From Gordius albopunctatus (taxonomy: Eukaryota), in assembly GCA_964276515.1 (NCBI GenBank), contig OZ193910.1, positions 8,556,001 through 8,620,000 on the forward strand: 64,000 nucleotides of DNA. Direction: 5' to 3'. Shown here one piece after another: positions 35,901 through 51,289 of this stretch; within the stretch, counting starts at the first letter, position 1, and every line of letters starts with the position of its first letter. The notes beneath the pieces are model-generated. The model saw nothing but the letters and a program-made list of their open reading frames with translations, did no database searches and was not told the DNA's origin. The position numbers and the translations under genes were made by a program.

Positions 35901-38900
35901 AAAAAATGAAAAAGCTTTAAAAGTAAAAAAAATTTTCAACCCTTATTGATGACAATTTAAAAAATTCGAATAGTCAAGGGTCCTCAACAGCCCATAATCA
36001 AACAATATGTTTTAAATTTAATAACAATGATCACATCTGTCAAAAAGAATCCATATGATTCAAAAACTTCTTGAACATTAAAAATATATAGATTTCCTTG
36101 TATACTTAATGTCTGATTCTCAGTATGACAAATAAAAACGTAGTTTTTGCATAAAACCACCTCCTAAATACAAATGTGATTTAAGATTGAAAAAATAAAG
36201 TTTTAATTCATATTGATTCATTAATGCTTATTTTGTTTGCTAAATTATATAGCTGCAAAAAATAATTTTTGATGGAAAGAATAAAATTGACTTTGAGGTA
36301 ATTTATACAGAAAATACATTCGAATTAAAGAAGTAATAACGAGAGGGTTGAAACGTTAAATAGCGTGAAACTCATGGGAAGATAATGGGATCACCCATTT
36401 TATAATCTGATTGAATTTGATCCTAGTATAATACAAGGAAATAAAGAACTGGTGCCCCCCCCCGCGAGTTAGTAAGAGTCAGCACATCTAGTCATAATAG
36501 CCATTGACATTTTACAATTATGTAGATTCCAAGCAGCAATTAATTTATTTTTATTTGACGGGGTTGTACGATCTCAACATGTCTAGGTTGAACGTCGAAG
36601 CTAGATTGAGAATTTTGATTCTTTATTACATAGTAACAACCTTCAATGAGGCACTTATTTTTACCGTATAAAAAATGACAATATACAATCATGATTGTAT
36701 GGATGCATATGTAAAATGTAAAACAACCTCTCAATATTTTTTCTTCACAACACCGTTCAAAATCCCAAATTCTGAGGGTGCCATCATCGGAACAGGATGC
36801 AAATTTAGAGTCTAACGGACTAAATCTAAAGGCAAGGAGGACATTGAGATACATATAAAATATATATAGGAAAAACAAATTTTATATTAAATAGTTGTAG
36901 CAAGCTATGAAAAATACGTTAATCCTCTGATGGCTTCCTTATGAGCCTGGAACATTTTGACGTTGTTCATATTGGATTGCCAATATTTAATATAGCCCCC
37001 GTGATCAGCCGTAATCATCCAATGATCGTTATGACTCCACACCATCGATCTGACTGAAGAATCGTGCGCCTTCAAAATATGTTTTATATATATATATGCA
37101 ATTTTCAAGTCTTTGCTAGGAAAAAACGACAAATAAATAATGGTTAGAATTCTATTTCCTAAGTATTATAATATATACTAATAAAATTCTGGTGAACTGT
37201 GTCAATATTTTTCCGCATAAATTGTATCAATAATATATATTTTAGAAGATTTTTACCCTCATATTCAATGTTAACTTGATTTGTCAAAATTATTAATTAA
37301 ACAACCTTTTAAAATTTTGATAATTCGTTGTATTTAAAATTTTGAGGCTATGTACCAAACAAATATAAATGTTTCACTATTATGCTAAATAACTTAATCC
37401 AGGTCAAATAATTAAGTCTAAAAATTCAAAATACTTACAAATATTTATTTAGAAAAACGCTTTCGCAAAATCCTCTAAAAATTTAAATTAGCTAAAAATA
37501 AAATCTGAAAAATATATTATTATCAAATTAGATAAAATTAATTTGAGTGTTAAATTTTTTGTAATTGACAGCAAAGCACTGACAAACTCTTGTTTTATAA
37601 ATTTTGCCCTTTTATTTTTATTTGTTTTAAAATATTTTTGGCAATGCTAATATCATTTAAAAATATTCACAGAGCTTTCTGGAAGAATTTTACCTCATTG
37701 ACAATAATTTGAATAAAAAATCTGCAAAAATGATTTGAAGAGTTTTACTTAATTGTTACTGACGCTAGATGGCGAATAGACATCAAATTAAATAAATAGA
37801 TGATAATTTAATATATTTAGACATAAAAAACACAGATGGATTCGTGTTTTTAACAATAGATATTATAGAATAGCATAGCACGAGTTAAATTAAATAAACT
37901 AATCCTTAAATAGAATTTATATATAATTAATAGAATATTACATGCGTTAATTTACACTTCTGTGCAAAATCTAATATGTGCAAAATCTAATATAGGCAAG
38001 GGTTAGGGTTAGATTTAGTGATTTATTTGATAATATGTATTTATTTATAAATTAGTATTATACATTTTGATATAACTTATTTTGTTTCAATTAACAATTA
38101 TAGTATCCTTTTATTACGTAGTTTTTTAGTAATATTACATGCGTATGAATATGCGTGAAAACCGGTCTCAATTTCTAAAATACGAATATTACATTATTAG
38201 ATTTTGCACCAGATTCTTAATTTATATTTATTTGCATTTTAACAATTCCCACCCATTTAATAGCATGCAATAAAAACTTAGCAACTTGTAAGATAGTTTC
38301 GAAATTAAATGTCAGCCCATTCCACAGGGTGAACTCGCCACTTGAAGCACCGGTGATAAGTCTCCTTCCATCGGGAGTCCACTGTAAAAAGTATGAAAAT
38401 TAAATAGCCAGTTATTATCTAAATTATTTGCTGGCAAAAGCAAGAGACATAAAATCAAAGCAAAAATTTGAGCAAAACGTGAGATTAAAAAAGTAACTTC
38501 TTTCATATATATGTAACACTCAATCTCATTTCTCTCCCTAATCCTATGCTAAAATTAAAGAAACCAAGTTAAAAATAAATTTATTAAATGCCTACTATTG
38601 CTACAATATTTTAGAGTTTTTTAACACGTAGCCAGCCCAAGAGCCGGCAAACCTTACCAGTACGCTGAAAATGGGGCATTTTATTTTGTTTGTGGCGGTT
38701 CGAATAAACTTTGTGGTGACGGCGTTCATGGGATTATTTACGTAGCCCAGGGGGGGTTGGAGCTAAATAATGGATACAAATATGGACATCATTAACGCTA
38801 GTTTTTATAAACTTTAATAATTTTCAGGTTTATTGTAATTAAAATTTTATCACCCATAATTTTTCGATCTAAATCGAGCTATTTATTTCGATTTCAAAAG

Positions 38901-41086
38901 GCTAGTTATAAGATCCATACACATCTCAAATGTGTTACAATTAACCTTATGTTTAAAAATATACCCGAGTTGAATAAGATAAGCAAAGGACGGTGACAAT
39001 TATTATCCTATCTGATGCAATGCAAGTTCGTTATTATAACAAAGCTTGCTAATATATTGGAAAGCATGGTTAATTAATAAATTAATTAGACAAAAAGTAA
39101 TATTTGGTTTCCAATTAATTAACTATTAGTAGGTTTATGATCAAGGTTTCAAGATTATTGATTTATTAATAGGGAAAATGTATTATTATTTTAGAAGTTG
39201 GTTAGTGCTTTAAATTAAGATAGAGTAATTGTGAAAGGAGACTTAATTCCAAATAACTATTCTAAACCATATTAACTATTACATTACAAGTAAAAGGATA
39301 ATTACTTCAACAGTGTAGGATGTGTCAGGTTCTGGTAATGTGATGTCACGAACATCTCTTTCCCATATTTCATCCTATAGATTAATAACTATATCTACAA
39401 AATAATATTGATGGTGGAAACTTTTTCTAATTTGTTTTATTTAATAGTTGACATTCCAGTTTGGTGAAATTTATTAAACTTTACTCTTAAATAGCACTAC
39501 TTATTAGCTTATATTGAATTATTTCCACCCTCCAGTGGTTTTTGTATGACTTAAGACGTTTTTATAGCTTTCATAAAACATGTGTATTTTTGATTAAAAG
39601 TTTTAAAAATAACTCTCAGTATACCTATTACCAAACAAATTCATTCCAATTCTGTATGCAATTTGCAAAAATATTTTCTTTGATCTCTTTATATTAAAAT
39701 ACAAACCTTTTAAAAGCAAATTTGGTTCAATTTATATGGAGATCTATGCTAATTTGTTGTTTTTATGAGCTGTTATAAAAGAATACTTTTTATAGTTTGG
39801 GCTTTTTACTACAAGTTTTTAGATACATACAAGCATTTTTTCCCATAATTAAACTTATTTTTAAATATAATCATCAATATTGTGGTAATAATATTGAAAA
39901 ATTAATATTTGGAAATTATAAATTAGCATGTTTTCTTTAAAATAGATTAATTCATATTTAAAGGGCTAAACTAAAAATTATAAAATAATTTAAGGTTAGA
40001 TTTATGTAAAAGAAGATAAGCAATAATTTTCAGTAACTTACATATTTTTTAGAATGAACTAAATTGTGTATCAAGTATATATAAGTTTTTAAAGCCATCT
40101 ACAACAAATGTATAATAATTTTTTAACTAAGTAAAATACATGTAAAAGGTCTAAAGAATATATCAAAGTAAAAATTGCTTCAAAATTAAATATCCGAACC
40201 ATTAAGAATAAAAATATATAAAATGAACTTTGATTTCATTGTTAGAAGAACATATGATTAATAACATTTATATATAAAATTTATATTCTTGGTGGAGTAA
40301 AATCTTGTATAGCAAAATTAATTTTCATAAATAAATGATCATGGTCGAAAAAGGATTGAATAAAAGTCATTTTAATATATTTTAGATCATAATATAGAGT
40401 TTTTTGCAATTATGACTATTTAAAATTTTGGTTCTTAAAGATCCATGTCAATTAACCTTTTTTTAAAAATTAAATCTACCTAATGACAAAAAAGTGAGTA
40501 CTGCACAATTGCAATTCAGCAAGTAAAATATTATAGTTAATTAAAATATATGACTAAAGTATTCAAAACACTATCTCTGATAAAATAAATCCATTTTTAC
40601 AAATAAGGCCACATTAATTATTTAAAAAAAGTTAAAATGTTATTAAATCTATGTGACCATTATAAAAAATAACATTTTTTATGACATAATTGATGTATAT
40701 TTGTAAATAAATTAACCATCTTAAAGTAAATAAAATTTCCATTGTTAGGAAATTATACATATTTAATAAAAAATATGCAAATCATTAAAAACAATTTGTG
40801 ATCCATTATATTAATAGGCAACAACTGATAAGGTATAAAATCCACATGAGAACAAACTTGTTATAAATTAAAAAAATCTTACTTCAAGGTATCTAATGAT
40901 TGAAGAATTATAATCAACAGTTTTTCTATTAACAGATTTTCGCACTCTTTTTCCATCAAACATCAACCCTTGATTAGATATATTTTGTTGGAATAAATAT
41001 GAGGGGTTGTATGCAATGGGATACGTTTTTGGGAGAGGTTTTGAAAGGGGGTACTCATTGGAAAATGATTCTTGAACACTTATCAT
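32984..41086 (-). CDS. WDR33: Pre-mRNA 3'-end processing protein WDR33, about 13 coding exons
   Basis: Exons read in order: [18 protein letters not shown] (~40900), [18 protein letters not shown] (~38700), [32 protein letters not shown] (~38300), [15 protein letters not shown] (~37050), [58 protein letters not shown], then an N-rich tail ending at 32984. The start ATG at 41086 is the likeliest candidate. Confidence 0.95.
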
Positions 41087-41139
41087 CGTGTGTATGTACA
41101 AATGCGCCAAAACTGATATTTGAATCAGCTGAAATCATA

Positions 41140-42140
41140 AATAGTTTTAAAAGTTTAATCACTCCAAACTCAGGTGTTAGGCAGGTGTGCCCCTTATCCC
41201 CTATGATCTTAATCTCGGTTTTGAACCTAATACTGAAGATATCGATATTCCCAAGCGATGGCTTGCTATTGAGTAACAACACGAGGATCTCGTCTCTTTT
41301 GTTTGCCGATAATATCTGCTTAATCTCCGACTCATTGACCAACCTACAAAACATGCATGATAGATATGCTCAAGAAGCAGCCCGAGGAGGCCTGATCATT
41401 AATGCAAAAAAATCTACGCTACTTGCCCTTAACCCGAACCCAATGCGAGTATCATGAGCCATAATTCTATTATTAAACCCTCGGACTAAGTTAAATACCT
41501 TGGTGTGTCTCTGTGCGCGGACCCGTACACCACGCTAGATGTCTCATAAAAAATAACAAAGGCTACCAACAGGTTCAAACAATGCAACAGAATTTGGAAC
41601 TGCAAAATGTTCTCAAGAAATACCAAACTTCCCCTATACAAAACCTTAATTCTCCCAGTACTCTTTTACGGCTGCGAGACCTGAAACCTCAAAACAAGCT
41701 CAATCAAAAGCATACAAACAAAAGTGAACCAAATGCTGAGAATTGTCTGTCAAATCTTCTACCCAAGAATAATTAGGAATGAGAATTTATGGTTTCTATG
41801 CAAACTTCCCCCGGTCAAATACATGATTTTGGTTAAAAAGTACAACTTCTTAGCGCACCAGTTTCGGAGAGGCTCCCCCAACCTCTGCATGTCGACTTTA
41901 CTGTGGAGACCCCCCCCCCCTCATTAAGATACCGGAAATGCCGTGGAAAGGTGGTCCTACAACACGTCGAGAGAATTAAACGGCATAGTACTTCAACCCG
42001 GCCAACTAGACGTGATCTTCTTAAACAGGAACGCTTGGGAAAAGTTTGTCATCAATCACCTAGCCTACAAATTTCCTACCAACAGGCCAAAAAAATTTAT
42101 TACCATCCATAAACCACCAAGCCCTCTTCCCGCAGTCTGA
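41140..42140 (+). mobile_element. 5'-truncated decayed LINE (RTE-like, different family)
   Basis: GVRQVCPLSP, SSLLFADNICL, GLIINAKKS and KYLG motifs, followed by a frameshifted C-terminal region. Confidence 0.8.
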
Positions 42141-42754
42141 CAATATACAAGCAGGTAGCAGTGTGCAATCAAAGGAGGCAAAATATCGCTTATTTCCACT
42201 AATTGCCGTAGATCGTATGTAAATTTTTTGTTTTACTTATGATTTTTATATAAACCGAGTGTGCTGCCTACCGACTTGTGGCACCTCTATGCCTGTACTA
42301 TTGTGACATCTAGTCCAATAGGCCCTCATATATATCTCTAAAGATGTACACTCTCACTCGTCTTCCCATCTCCCCTCTGGTGAGAAAGAGGATAAAAATA
42401 GGGGGGACAAGACACCCCTCCCCCTCCCGCCTGGCGAGAAAGAGGGTAAAAAATAAGGGGGGGGGGCAAAGTTCTTAATATATTTATGATATATAATATG
42501 AGCAAATATTTTAAGTAACTAAAAAAGTTTAAAAAAAGCAATTCAATCTACTATCTGCTCAAATTTCCTGCTCGAGATCCTGCTAAATTTTTTAACAGAT
42601 TTGGCTGCTTCGACTAACCTCTCGAGCATTTTTATGTGCTACTGTTAAAACTATTGCACCGAACAGTTAGCACTCATTGTGCTAAACTAGCATATTACCC
42701 AGCTACTGTTCGTGCTCGCGTTTTTAGTTGAAGCTACTTAGCAATTTAACAACT

Positions 42755-43045
42755 ATAGGTGCAAGGAAGTTGCAAAGCGACGTAGATGATGATTGGGAGA
42801 CAATAACTAAGGACATAAACAAAACAACGATTCGATTTCTTGGACAAACAGAAGGAGGAAAAACTATGAATAGGGGACTATGGTGGTGGAATCACAGGGT
42901 TAGGGATTTCATTGAAAGAAAGAAAAATCTATATAGGAGGTGACATAAATCAAAAGTCGGAGGATTATTTATGCCATTTCAATAGCGAAGAATTCAGGGT
43001 ACATCGAGATGGCAGACAAACTGGATCCTAAAGGCGGCGATGGGT
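42755..43045 (+). mobile_element. Short RTE LINE fragment
   Basis: DVDDDWETITKDI...NRGLWWWNHRVRDFIERKKNLY matches the endonuclease-RT linker of the full-length copies. Confidence 0.8.
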
Positions 43046-43100
43046 GTGGTATCCTCGCCTCCATTCACTTACGTGTATGTTATCTCTACCGATCATGCAT

Positions 43101-46100
43101 CTTCTTCTTCTTGATCAGTTATTTGGTCCCACATTGGTGGGGTTTGTTTTGATGAGTCTCTTCCATCTTGACCGGGTTAGTGCCATGTCTTGACTAATCT
43201 CCTTAGTTTCCATAACTTTATCGACTTGCCTTTTCCACGTGACACGGGGTCGTCCTCTTCCTCTCTTCCCCGGTATTTTCATGTCTAGCACTTTTCGATT
43301 TACGTCATCCGAGTCCCTTCTTAGTATATGCCCATACCACCTTAGCCGATTTTTGTTAATCATGTCCGCCATAGATTGAATACCCATTTTTGTCATGAGA
43401 AAGTCATTCGTCATATGGTCGAGCTTAGTATACCCCAAGCTCCACCGTATCATTCTCATCTCCGTGGCTTGTAATAGCTTTCCTTCCGTGGTGTTTAATG
43501 ACAATGTTTCACTTCCATAGAGTAACACCGGTATCACGATGGATTTGTAAGCTTTGCTCTTCAACCATATTGGCATTTTCTTGTCGCACACTACACCGGA
43601 TATACTTCGCCATTGAAGCCATTCTTTTTGAATCCGGGCATTGATTTCAGTTGCGCAACCTCCCTCTTGATGTAGCATAGAGCCGAGGTAAGTAAACCTG
43701 TCTACTTTTGGGTACTTTAGGTGGTCATCCAGCGATGGGGTGCTTGTACCGTTCATTTCGATGTATACCGTTTTTCGATCGTTGACCTTTAAACCATATC
43801 CAGCTAAGCGCTTTGACCACTTTTCTGCTTCTTCGAATACCTTCTCCCTTGTTTCCTCGCATAGTACTATATCATCGGCATATAGCATACACCATGGCGA
43901 TGGCTTTTGAAAGTCCCTCGTTATCGTGTCTATAATTATATTAAATAAAAAGGGACTTAAAGCAGAGCCTTGATGTAATATAATATTAACCCGAAAAGGT
44001 TTAGAGTCACCAACTGTCGTCCTAACGCAAGAGTTTGAGGCTTCATAGATATTTTTCATAAGCCGTATATATGCGTCAGGGATATTTTGTTTCCTCAAGC
44101 ACCATCATATTAAATCGCGGGGGACCGTGTCATAAGCTTTCTCCAAGTCGATAAAAACCATATGTAGGTCTTTCCTCTTTTCACCATACTTATCCATCAT
44201 TTGTCTTAGGGCGAAGATTGGGTCGATTGTGGATTTGCCGGCCACGAATCCGAATTGATTCGCCGATATTTCCACCTCGTTTTTCAGCCTTGTTACTAAG
44301 ATCCTTTCCAAAAGCTTCAAGGAGTGGCAAGTTAGCTTGATACCTATGTAATTGCCACAGTCCTGAGGGTCTCCTTTCCCTTTGAATAAGGGTATAATCG
44401 TGCTTGCTCTCCATTGATTAGGGATTCGCTCTTCTACCAATATCTTGTTAAGGAGGTTCGTCATGGTGGTGACTCCTTCTTCACGACATCCGAGCAATGC
44501 TTCCATAGGTATTCCATCTGGGCCATTTGCTTTTCCTTTCTGCATCTTGTTCATTTGTGTCCTAACTTCATCCTTCTGAAAGAGTTCGACCATACTTATA
44601 TTTGGCTCAATTTCGGGAAGGGAATCCTTGTCATTTGCAATATTCATAAGTTTCTTAAAATATCCTTTCCACCTTTCCATCACTTCCTTCGGCTTGAAAA
44701 GGGTTTGACCCTTCTCGCTTTTGACTATTTTAAGAACTCCGACATCTCGACTTTTCTTCTCTCTTATCTTGGCCAATATGTACATAAGCCTATCGCCCCC
44801 TTTATGATCCAGTTTGTTTGCCATCTCGGTGTACGCAGCATTCTTCGTTTTTGCAACGGCCTTTTTTGCGGCCCTCTTAGCCTCCTTATACTCTTGATAT
44901 TGCTCCAAATTTTTTGATCTATGCCACCGTGTATATAGATTTTCTGTCTTCTATGAAATCCCTTACCGATTAATCCCACCACAATATTTCCCTATTCATA
45001 GCTTTGTCTCCTTTGGTCTCTCCTTGAACACGAATCGCTATTTTCTTTATGTCCTTAGTTAGCGTCTCCCAATAGTCGTCTACGTCCCTTCGCAACTTCA
45101 TTGCACCCAAGAGTGAGGCGGCTTTTTGATGCTATTCTTCGTTCGTCGACGTATCCTTTAGCCTTTCGTATCGAATTCGAGGTTCATATACCTTTCTTCT
45201 TTCGGGAAATACTCTTCTGTCAAGATCCATAACAAGGGGACGATGTTGCCTGGCGATCTCTTCTCCCGGTATTACTTTGCAATCCTTGATACTCCATAAG
45301 TCCTTTCGCCGTATAAGCAAATAGTCGATTTGACTAAAATGCTTCCCACTTCTATAGGTCACAATATGATCTTCGCGCTTTTGAAAATAGGTGTTAACGA
45401 TCGCCATGTCATATGCTTGGTATACTTGGAGAAGTTTTTCCCCTTCTTTGTTCTTCAGACCATGCCCATAGCCTCCATGATTGCGTTCATACCCGAGGCG
45501 ATCTTTCCCTACGTGAGCGTTGAAATCGGCCCCAATAATTAGTCTTTCTTCCTGTCGGATTCCTTGTATTTCCTTTTCCAATGATTCGAAGAATATGTCT
45601 TTCTCTGATTCCGAACACCCAATTTGGGGAGCATACGCGCACATAACGGTTAGGAGGCCCCCTTGATCTGCAATCTTCACCCACATTAGCCTGTCGGAAC
45701 AACGTTTGACTTCCACCACCTTGTCCTTGAACGATTCGCTTAGAACGATACCGACCCCGTTTCTATGATTTGGTGAACCACTGTAGAAAAGCTTGTATCC
45801 TTCTCCTAATTCCCGAGCTTTCGTTCCGTTCCACCTCGTCTCTTGTAGGCAGGCGATGTGTACCTTTCTTCTTTTTAACATCTGTGCAACCTCGATGCTC
45901 TTCCCCGTCAACGTTCCCACATTCCAGCACGTAATTCGCATTCTTTCCACAACTAGTTTCCTTAACCGCCTTCGTTGTGAGTTAGGCAGTAACCCTAGTG
46001 TATTTTTCACATTGCACGGGCGGGGTATGCAGTGCGCGTCGTTTGTGGAGGACGTCCTAGCCTTTTCTTGTGAAATCTCGTTTGAAACTATCATAAATTT

Positions 46101-46186
46101 TGGAGTTGATTTTTATAGTCGGTTTCCGACCTGACGCCAACCCTCCACTTTTTGCACACGGACTTGGGACCGTCGTAGGTAGTGTT
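43101..46186 (-). mobile_element. Full-length defective RTE-clade LINE, copy 1
   Basis: APE endonuclease (WNVGTL, LQETRW, GADFNAH, SQIDY) plus RT (DLEKAYD, HQGSALSP, YADD). (AAG)n tail; 16-bp TSD TCTACCGATCATGCAT at 43085-43100 and 46187-46202. Confidence 0.97.
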
Positions 46187-48702
46187 TCTACCGATCATGC
46201 ATACTGATATATAATAAAAATGGTTAATTTATATATAGCCTCCCACACATACGAATAATTTTTTTACTCCGATTTTTTTGAATAGCGATTATAAATAGTA
46301 AAAACGATTTTTATTGCTTTATTCCGGAGATAACTGGCACACAAAAAACTCATAAAAACTCACGAGCGATATCTAAAAAAATGTTTAGTTCCCAATAATA
46401 ATTTTTTTCTTTTGTGTGTCGATACCGAGAAAATGTGAATGCATACGTCTATTCAAGAAATCGTTGCGCGTACTGGGCTGAAACATGTAGCTAGCATCGC
46501 ACACGCGAGCATTTTATGAACAGTAAGCGATACATTATTTCTTGCATTATAGCAACATTGACCATCAAGGGCAGTACCCATTTTATTGTCTAAATGAAGA
46601 GGGAAAATATTCCGTCGGGACTTGATTAGATAAATACTATGGATTATATGAAAATTAAAATTGTGCCAAATCAATGGACTTGAGTATGATTTTACCTCTT
46701 TGTTTTAATTTTCTACCCAAATTATATATCTGTTATTTTTAAAAGTTTAATTATAGTTAGAAAGTAAGTTTTATTCAACCCGAACTATACGGGGAAATGA
46801 TTATATTTTTAAACCTAAAGCCTTAATTGCTATGCAATTTATGGGCTAACTTTAGCCGAAAAATGTTGTCTGTCGTGTCTTGTCCAACTTGTTGATTTAT
46901 ATGGAAACGATAATTTTGGTAATATTTTTACCTAAAAATAACCGCTGTTTCAATTTAATTTGTAAAGCAGCACCAAGAGTCCAATATTGCTTATAATTTT
47001 TAGGCCCGATTAGAGCTCGACCCTACACAATTTGCCTATACAGCTTTAAAAACCGAGTTATTTAGAAGGGAGATCAGAATCCATTGGCCTTAAATTGAAT
47101 TTTGGTGGATAAGCTCTCGTTAACACTTTTAGGTATATTTGGCGATAGTTTAAAGCAACCGGTCTGAGCATGAACGTTGCCAGGCCCCCAGTCCTTGAAC
47201 ATTATGGTCCGTTTCTTTTTCCCCTGCCAAAATTCCATAGCAAACCACTTCTCTACGAAGTGTAGAATAGGCTAAGTTTAAGTCTCCAAAACAACAGGGG
47301 GCTCGGGGCGTTAGCGAGGTCCTAAGGCATAAGCTAGAGAATATTTTTTAACTAATTTCAAAAATTACGCAATTACATATAACAATTTTAAGAACCTAAA
47401 TATATGGTCATCTTTATATGATTCTTTCATTTAATCAGAAACTTATTTAAAAATTTTATTGAAATAATTGTTGCAATGTTGAAACATGTGGGACCCATTG
47501 GTAAAGCTGAGATTATTATAATTGAATAGATTTTTCTGACATTAATTTACAGATTAAATTTAACACACCGTATTTTTCTCGCTTTTGTGAAAGATTTTCG
47601 ATAAAAAACTAGTTTAAAATCTTATTTCCGCAAGATCCGGCAATCATTGTGTTAATATTTCAGGAAAAATTCCTCTTTTTACTAAGTCATTTGGTTTTTG
47701 GTAAATGGCTTTGTCTCAAACTTACAACACCTGTCCTCCCAAGAATGCTTTCGACACCCGTAAAACTTACAAAATGTTATTAAAACCACTGCCTAATATA
47801 ACCACACCTTTTTGTAGTACGTATTAATAATCGGAATGTTCTAAACCTGAGGTGATCTAGATGTAAAATCGCTGGACAAAAGAATAAATAACTTTATTTA
47901 TAACGTTTCAAATTTTATACCCATAAATTATAGCTTTTAAAAGGTCAGATTTCTTAACATTTTCTACCCGAGTTTGCCCTGATTTTATAGCTAATTTGCC
48001 CGCCCGAGCCACCTTAAACTCTTCTAGTATAGTTATAGGAAAGAAGGGGCGACCTTATTAAGGTTCACCTTAGTCTATGGGTTAAGACATAGTTATTTGG
48101 AGCTAAAGCTCATTTTTGCTTGAAGGAGGGCTTCTGCACAAATTACCGAAATCAAAATTGACACGTGGACTAATTATATTATAAAATCTTTTTTAATGGG
48201 TGTTGTTCAGACTATAATATGAAAATGTACTGGGGTTGAAATATAAATTAGAACCTCAAAATGGATGGGCAAAGGATAAAATGATTTTTAACTTTTGCAA
48301 AAAAGGGTTTTATTTATAGTTTCATTTTTTATACTCTAACACGTTTTTATTAGAGACTTATAATCACTTTCAAGTCAGAGTGTGATTCCCTTTGAGACAC
48401 TCTAAAAAATTACATGATTGATCAGCCTGATTGTAATAATAATAACATACGAATAGCTTATTTTGTAAAAAATATATTACCTTTAAATTAAAATGATGAG
48501 ATTTTAAGAAATTTTGTATTTTTACAATAATATTTGACATTGAATATAAATATATAAAAAAAATCTACAATTTGATGAGAATGTTGGTTTTATGTTTTGG
48601 GTCCATTGTTTTGAGCATCTACAAAATAAAATAAAATAATGACCCTCAAATAATGTAAATTCTTCATAAAATGTAAATTCAATTATTAAGAGTAACATTT
48701 AC

Positions 48703-50224
48703 CTATTTGTCTTTGGATGATTCCTTCCTAATAACATCAGTGGTGCTAAAAATTGCTCCAATTTTTTTATTAGAGATGTAATCAGAACAATACGCTATTA
48801 CCTAAAGATGCAAATTGGTAAATAAGGATGTAAAGAAGATTTGCTGTAGATGTTATTAATTTAACAGCTTTATAATCAATATTTATTTTAGAAATTTTAA
48901 TTATACAACATATATTTATGCCTAAATTAAATATGGTTATGTTAAAGAACTAAAATTTTCCTTATTGACTTATTTATTTACAATGCACTAGTTTTATTAA
49001 AGCTAGTTGTTTAATGCTATAGCCTTAAAACAAAGCATTCTAATAATGTGGACCATATTATAATAAATAAAATTTATTAATTGCTAGACTATTTATGGGT
49101 TTTTAATACAAAAATAAATGTGTGCTAGAGAATATTATAAAATTTAATCAACATTTTTTAAAGCATGACTAGTTTAACAATTATAATGATCATGTTTTTA
49201 CGTCCTTGGTCCCAATGGAATATTTTAATGAAGAAATAAAGTTGAGAGCTTAAATGATGCCTCAATCAAAAAACGTCCAACTCTAATTTCATTTAATTGT
49301 GATAAAAATTTAAAAAGCGTTAAATACTGGTTGTTATTTTGATTTATTATCCTTTTTAATAATTCACACAACTTGTCTATGGCTTATTTAATGGACATTT
49401 TTAAATTTTTTATAAAATTAATCCTAGGTCTAAACTATTTACATGTGATATGTAAAAAATGATTTTATACTTACCAATCCAAGGAAGAGACCAAGAAATA
49501 TTGTAACCACAATAAATAACCCATATGATGCATATGTGGGTAGACCATGTGTTTCAATCATATAAACGTGTAATTCCTAATGTTTGTAGATAAAATAAAT
49601 ATTTAGTACCTGCAGGTGATATGCAGCTTTAAATAATTTACCAATAATTGCCATACTATAAAATAGTTAATAGTAAAGCTAAGCTTACTGAAAGGTGTTT
49701 GGTGATAGCCAGAATGATAAAGGCTTTGTATTTTTCCAAGATTGTAATTTAATATAGGATATCATCTTATCCTTATCATAGAGATAATTAGCTTTTCGGA
49801 AAGATCCATCCTTAACACTTATTTATAGCTTAATAAAATATATTTATATAAATTACTGATAGAATGTTGGAAGTGAAGTAATAAAAAATCGTCCACTTAA
49901 TTCTGAATTGAGTATAATATTATATTTAACTAATAAATTTACCAGGGTTATTTGCTACATCTACTTGAGAAACATTTACTCCCAATTCATATGCCTCGTC
50001 AGCAAATTCTTGCCAATAATCTCCAACAGCTTTGCAAGCAGGACACCATTTAGCATAGCTTTTATAACTTTAATAAAAAGACTAAAGACTATTTACAATT
50101 TGATCATCCACTCGCCTTTTAAAATTGTTTTCCAATCATTCTCGGTTAAATCTTTAGTTAAAGTTTGTGACTTATATAAAGTTAAATTAATAATAAAAAT
50201 TAGAATGCTTATAAACAACGTCAT
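48703..50224 (-). CDS. TMX1: Thioredoxin-related transmembrane protein (CPAC active site)
   Basis: Signal peptide MTLFISILIFIINL, then LTENDWKTILKGEWMIK, YAKWCPAC, GRFFITSLPTFYH and VKDGSFR, followed by the TM segment GLPTYASYGLFIVVTIFLGLFLGL. Short GT-AG introns; the 3' end is less certain. Confidence 0.9.
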
Positions 50225-51289
50225 TTGAATAGTAGACAGCAGATCAGGTGTGTAAATTTCTAGTTTTTGGCCAAAAGAACTAATGACTAAATTTCTAAAA
50301 CCAATCAAAACATTTGACATATTTGCAAAAGATATGACATAACATAAAAATTTAAAATTATTTTCTTGTCTTTTAATCAATATAAAATTATTGATTTCAT
50401 ATTGAACCTTGTTTTGCATAACATTTAATTTCTCACTCGCGTTATATCATAACCAAGTATGAATTTAATTAAAAAACAATAATGATGGAATTTCATGAAT
50501 AGAAAGTGCAATCTGCATAGTTACTTATTTACCTTGTATGTTCACATCTTTTAAGTAGTTAACACATCCCAAGAAAAATAGGAAAGTAAGAATAAATAAA
50601 TTGGCAGATTTAGAACCATATTGTAGGAATGATGATCGATACTTTCATTTTTCATATTTTCTTAATGTAGCTTTATAAATTAATGCCAATAACAATAATG
50701 TCTAGTTTACTAGAATTAATAATTTTTTTGAATAAAATAACACAGATCTACAAAAAAACCATTCTGCAAGCGGACCAATAATTTTGATAGAGAATTTTGC
50801 GCTGATCACAAATATGTTTTTAGTTTTCCCCCCAAAATTTCCAGTTTTTTAGATATATGAAGTTAAAGGTGCAAAAAAAGGCCTTTTTAAGGTATTTTGA
50901 AGTTAAATACCAACGCCATTTTAAATTTATATTGAAAAAAATTAGTGTTTTTGTGTAGATTGAAGTCTCATCTCCCCGTGTATTAATTTATTTTGTTTAT
51001 TTCACCTCTATATTTAGATTTATACGCATTTACGTGAACCCCTTCCCCTTATCAAAATTCGTCCCACAACATTTGGAAAAAGGAGTACAGTAGAGTACAT
51101 ATTACACACGCGCTGTTTACTAACACATCTCTCTCTCCCTTTCTCCATCTCTTCCACTCCCGCCCCCATATCTATCCAAGCACACATGAAGGGGACGGGA
51201 GTGGAGGAGATAGAGAGGAGACTCAGCAATGTCATAATTGCCAGGTCAGCAAAATACATAAACATGTTATTTCTACGCCAGGTACATTT

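Noticed and set aside
46900..48260. GC-richer patch that may be a decayed LINE RT
   Set aside because: Only faint motif traces (PIINTYYK) with many stops; too weak to call.
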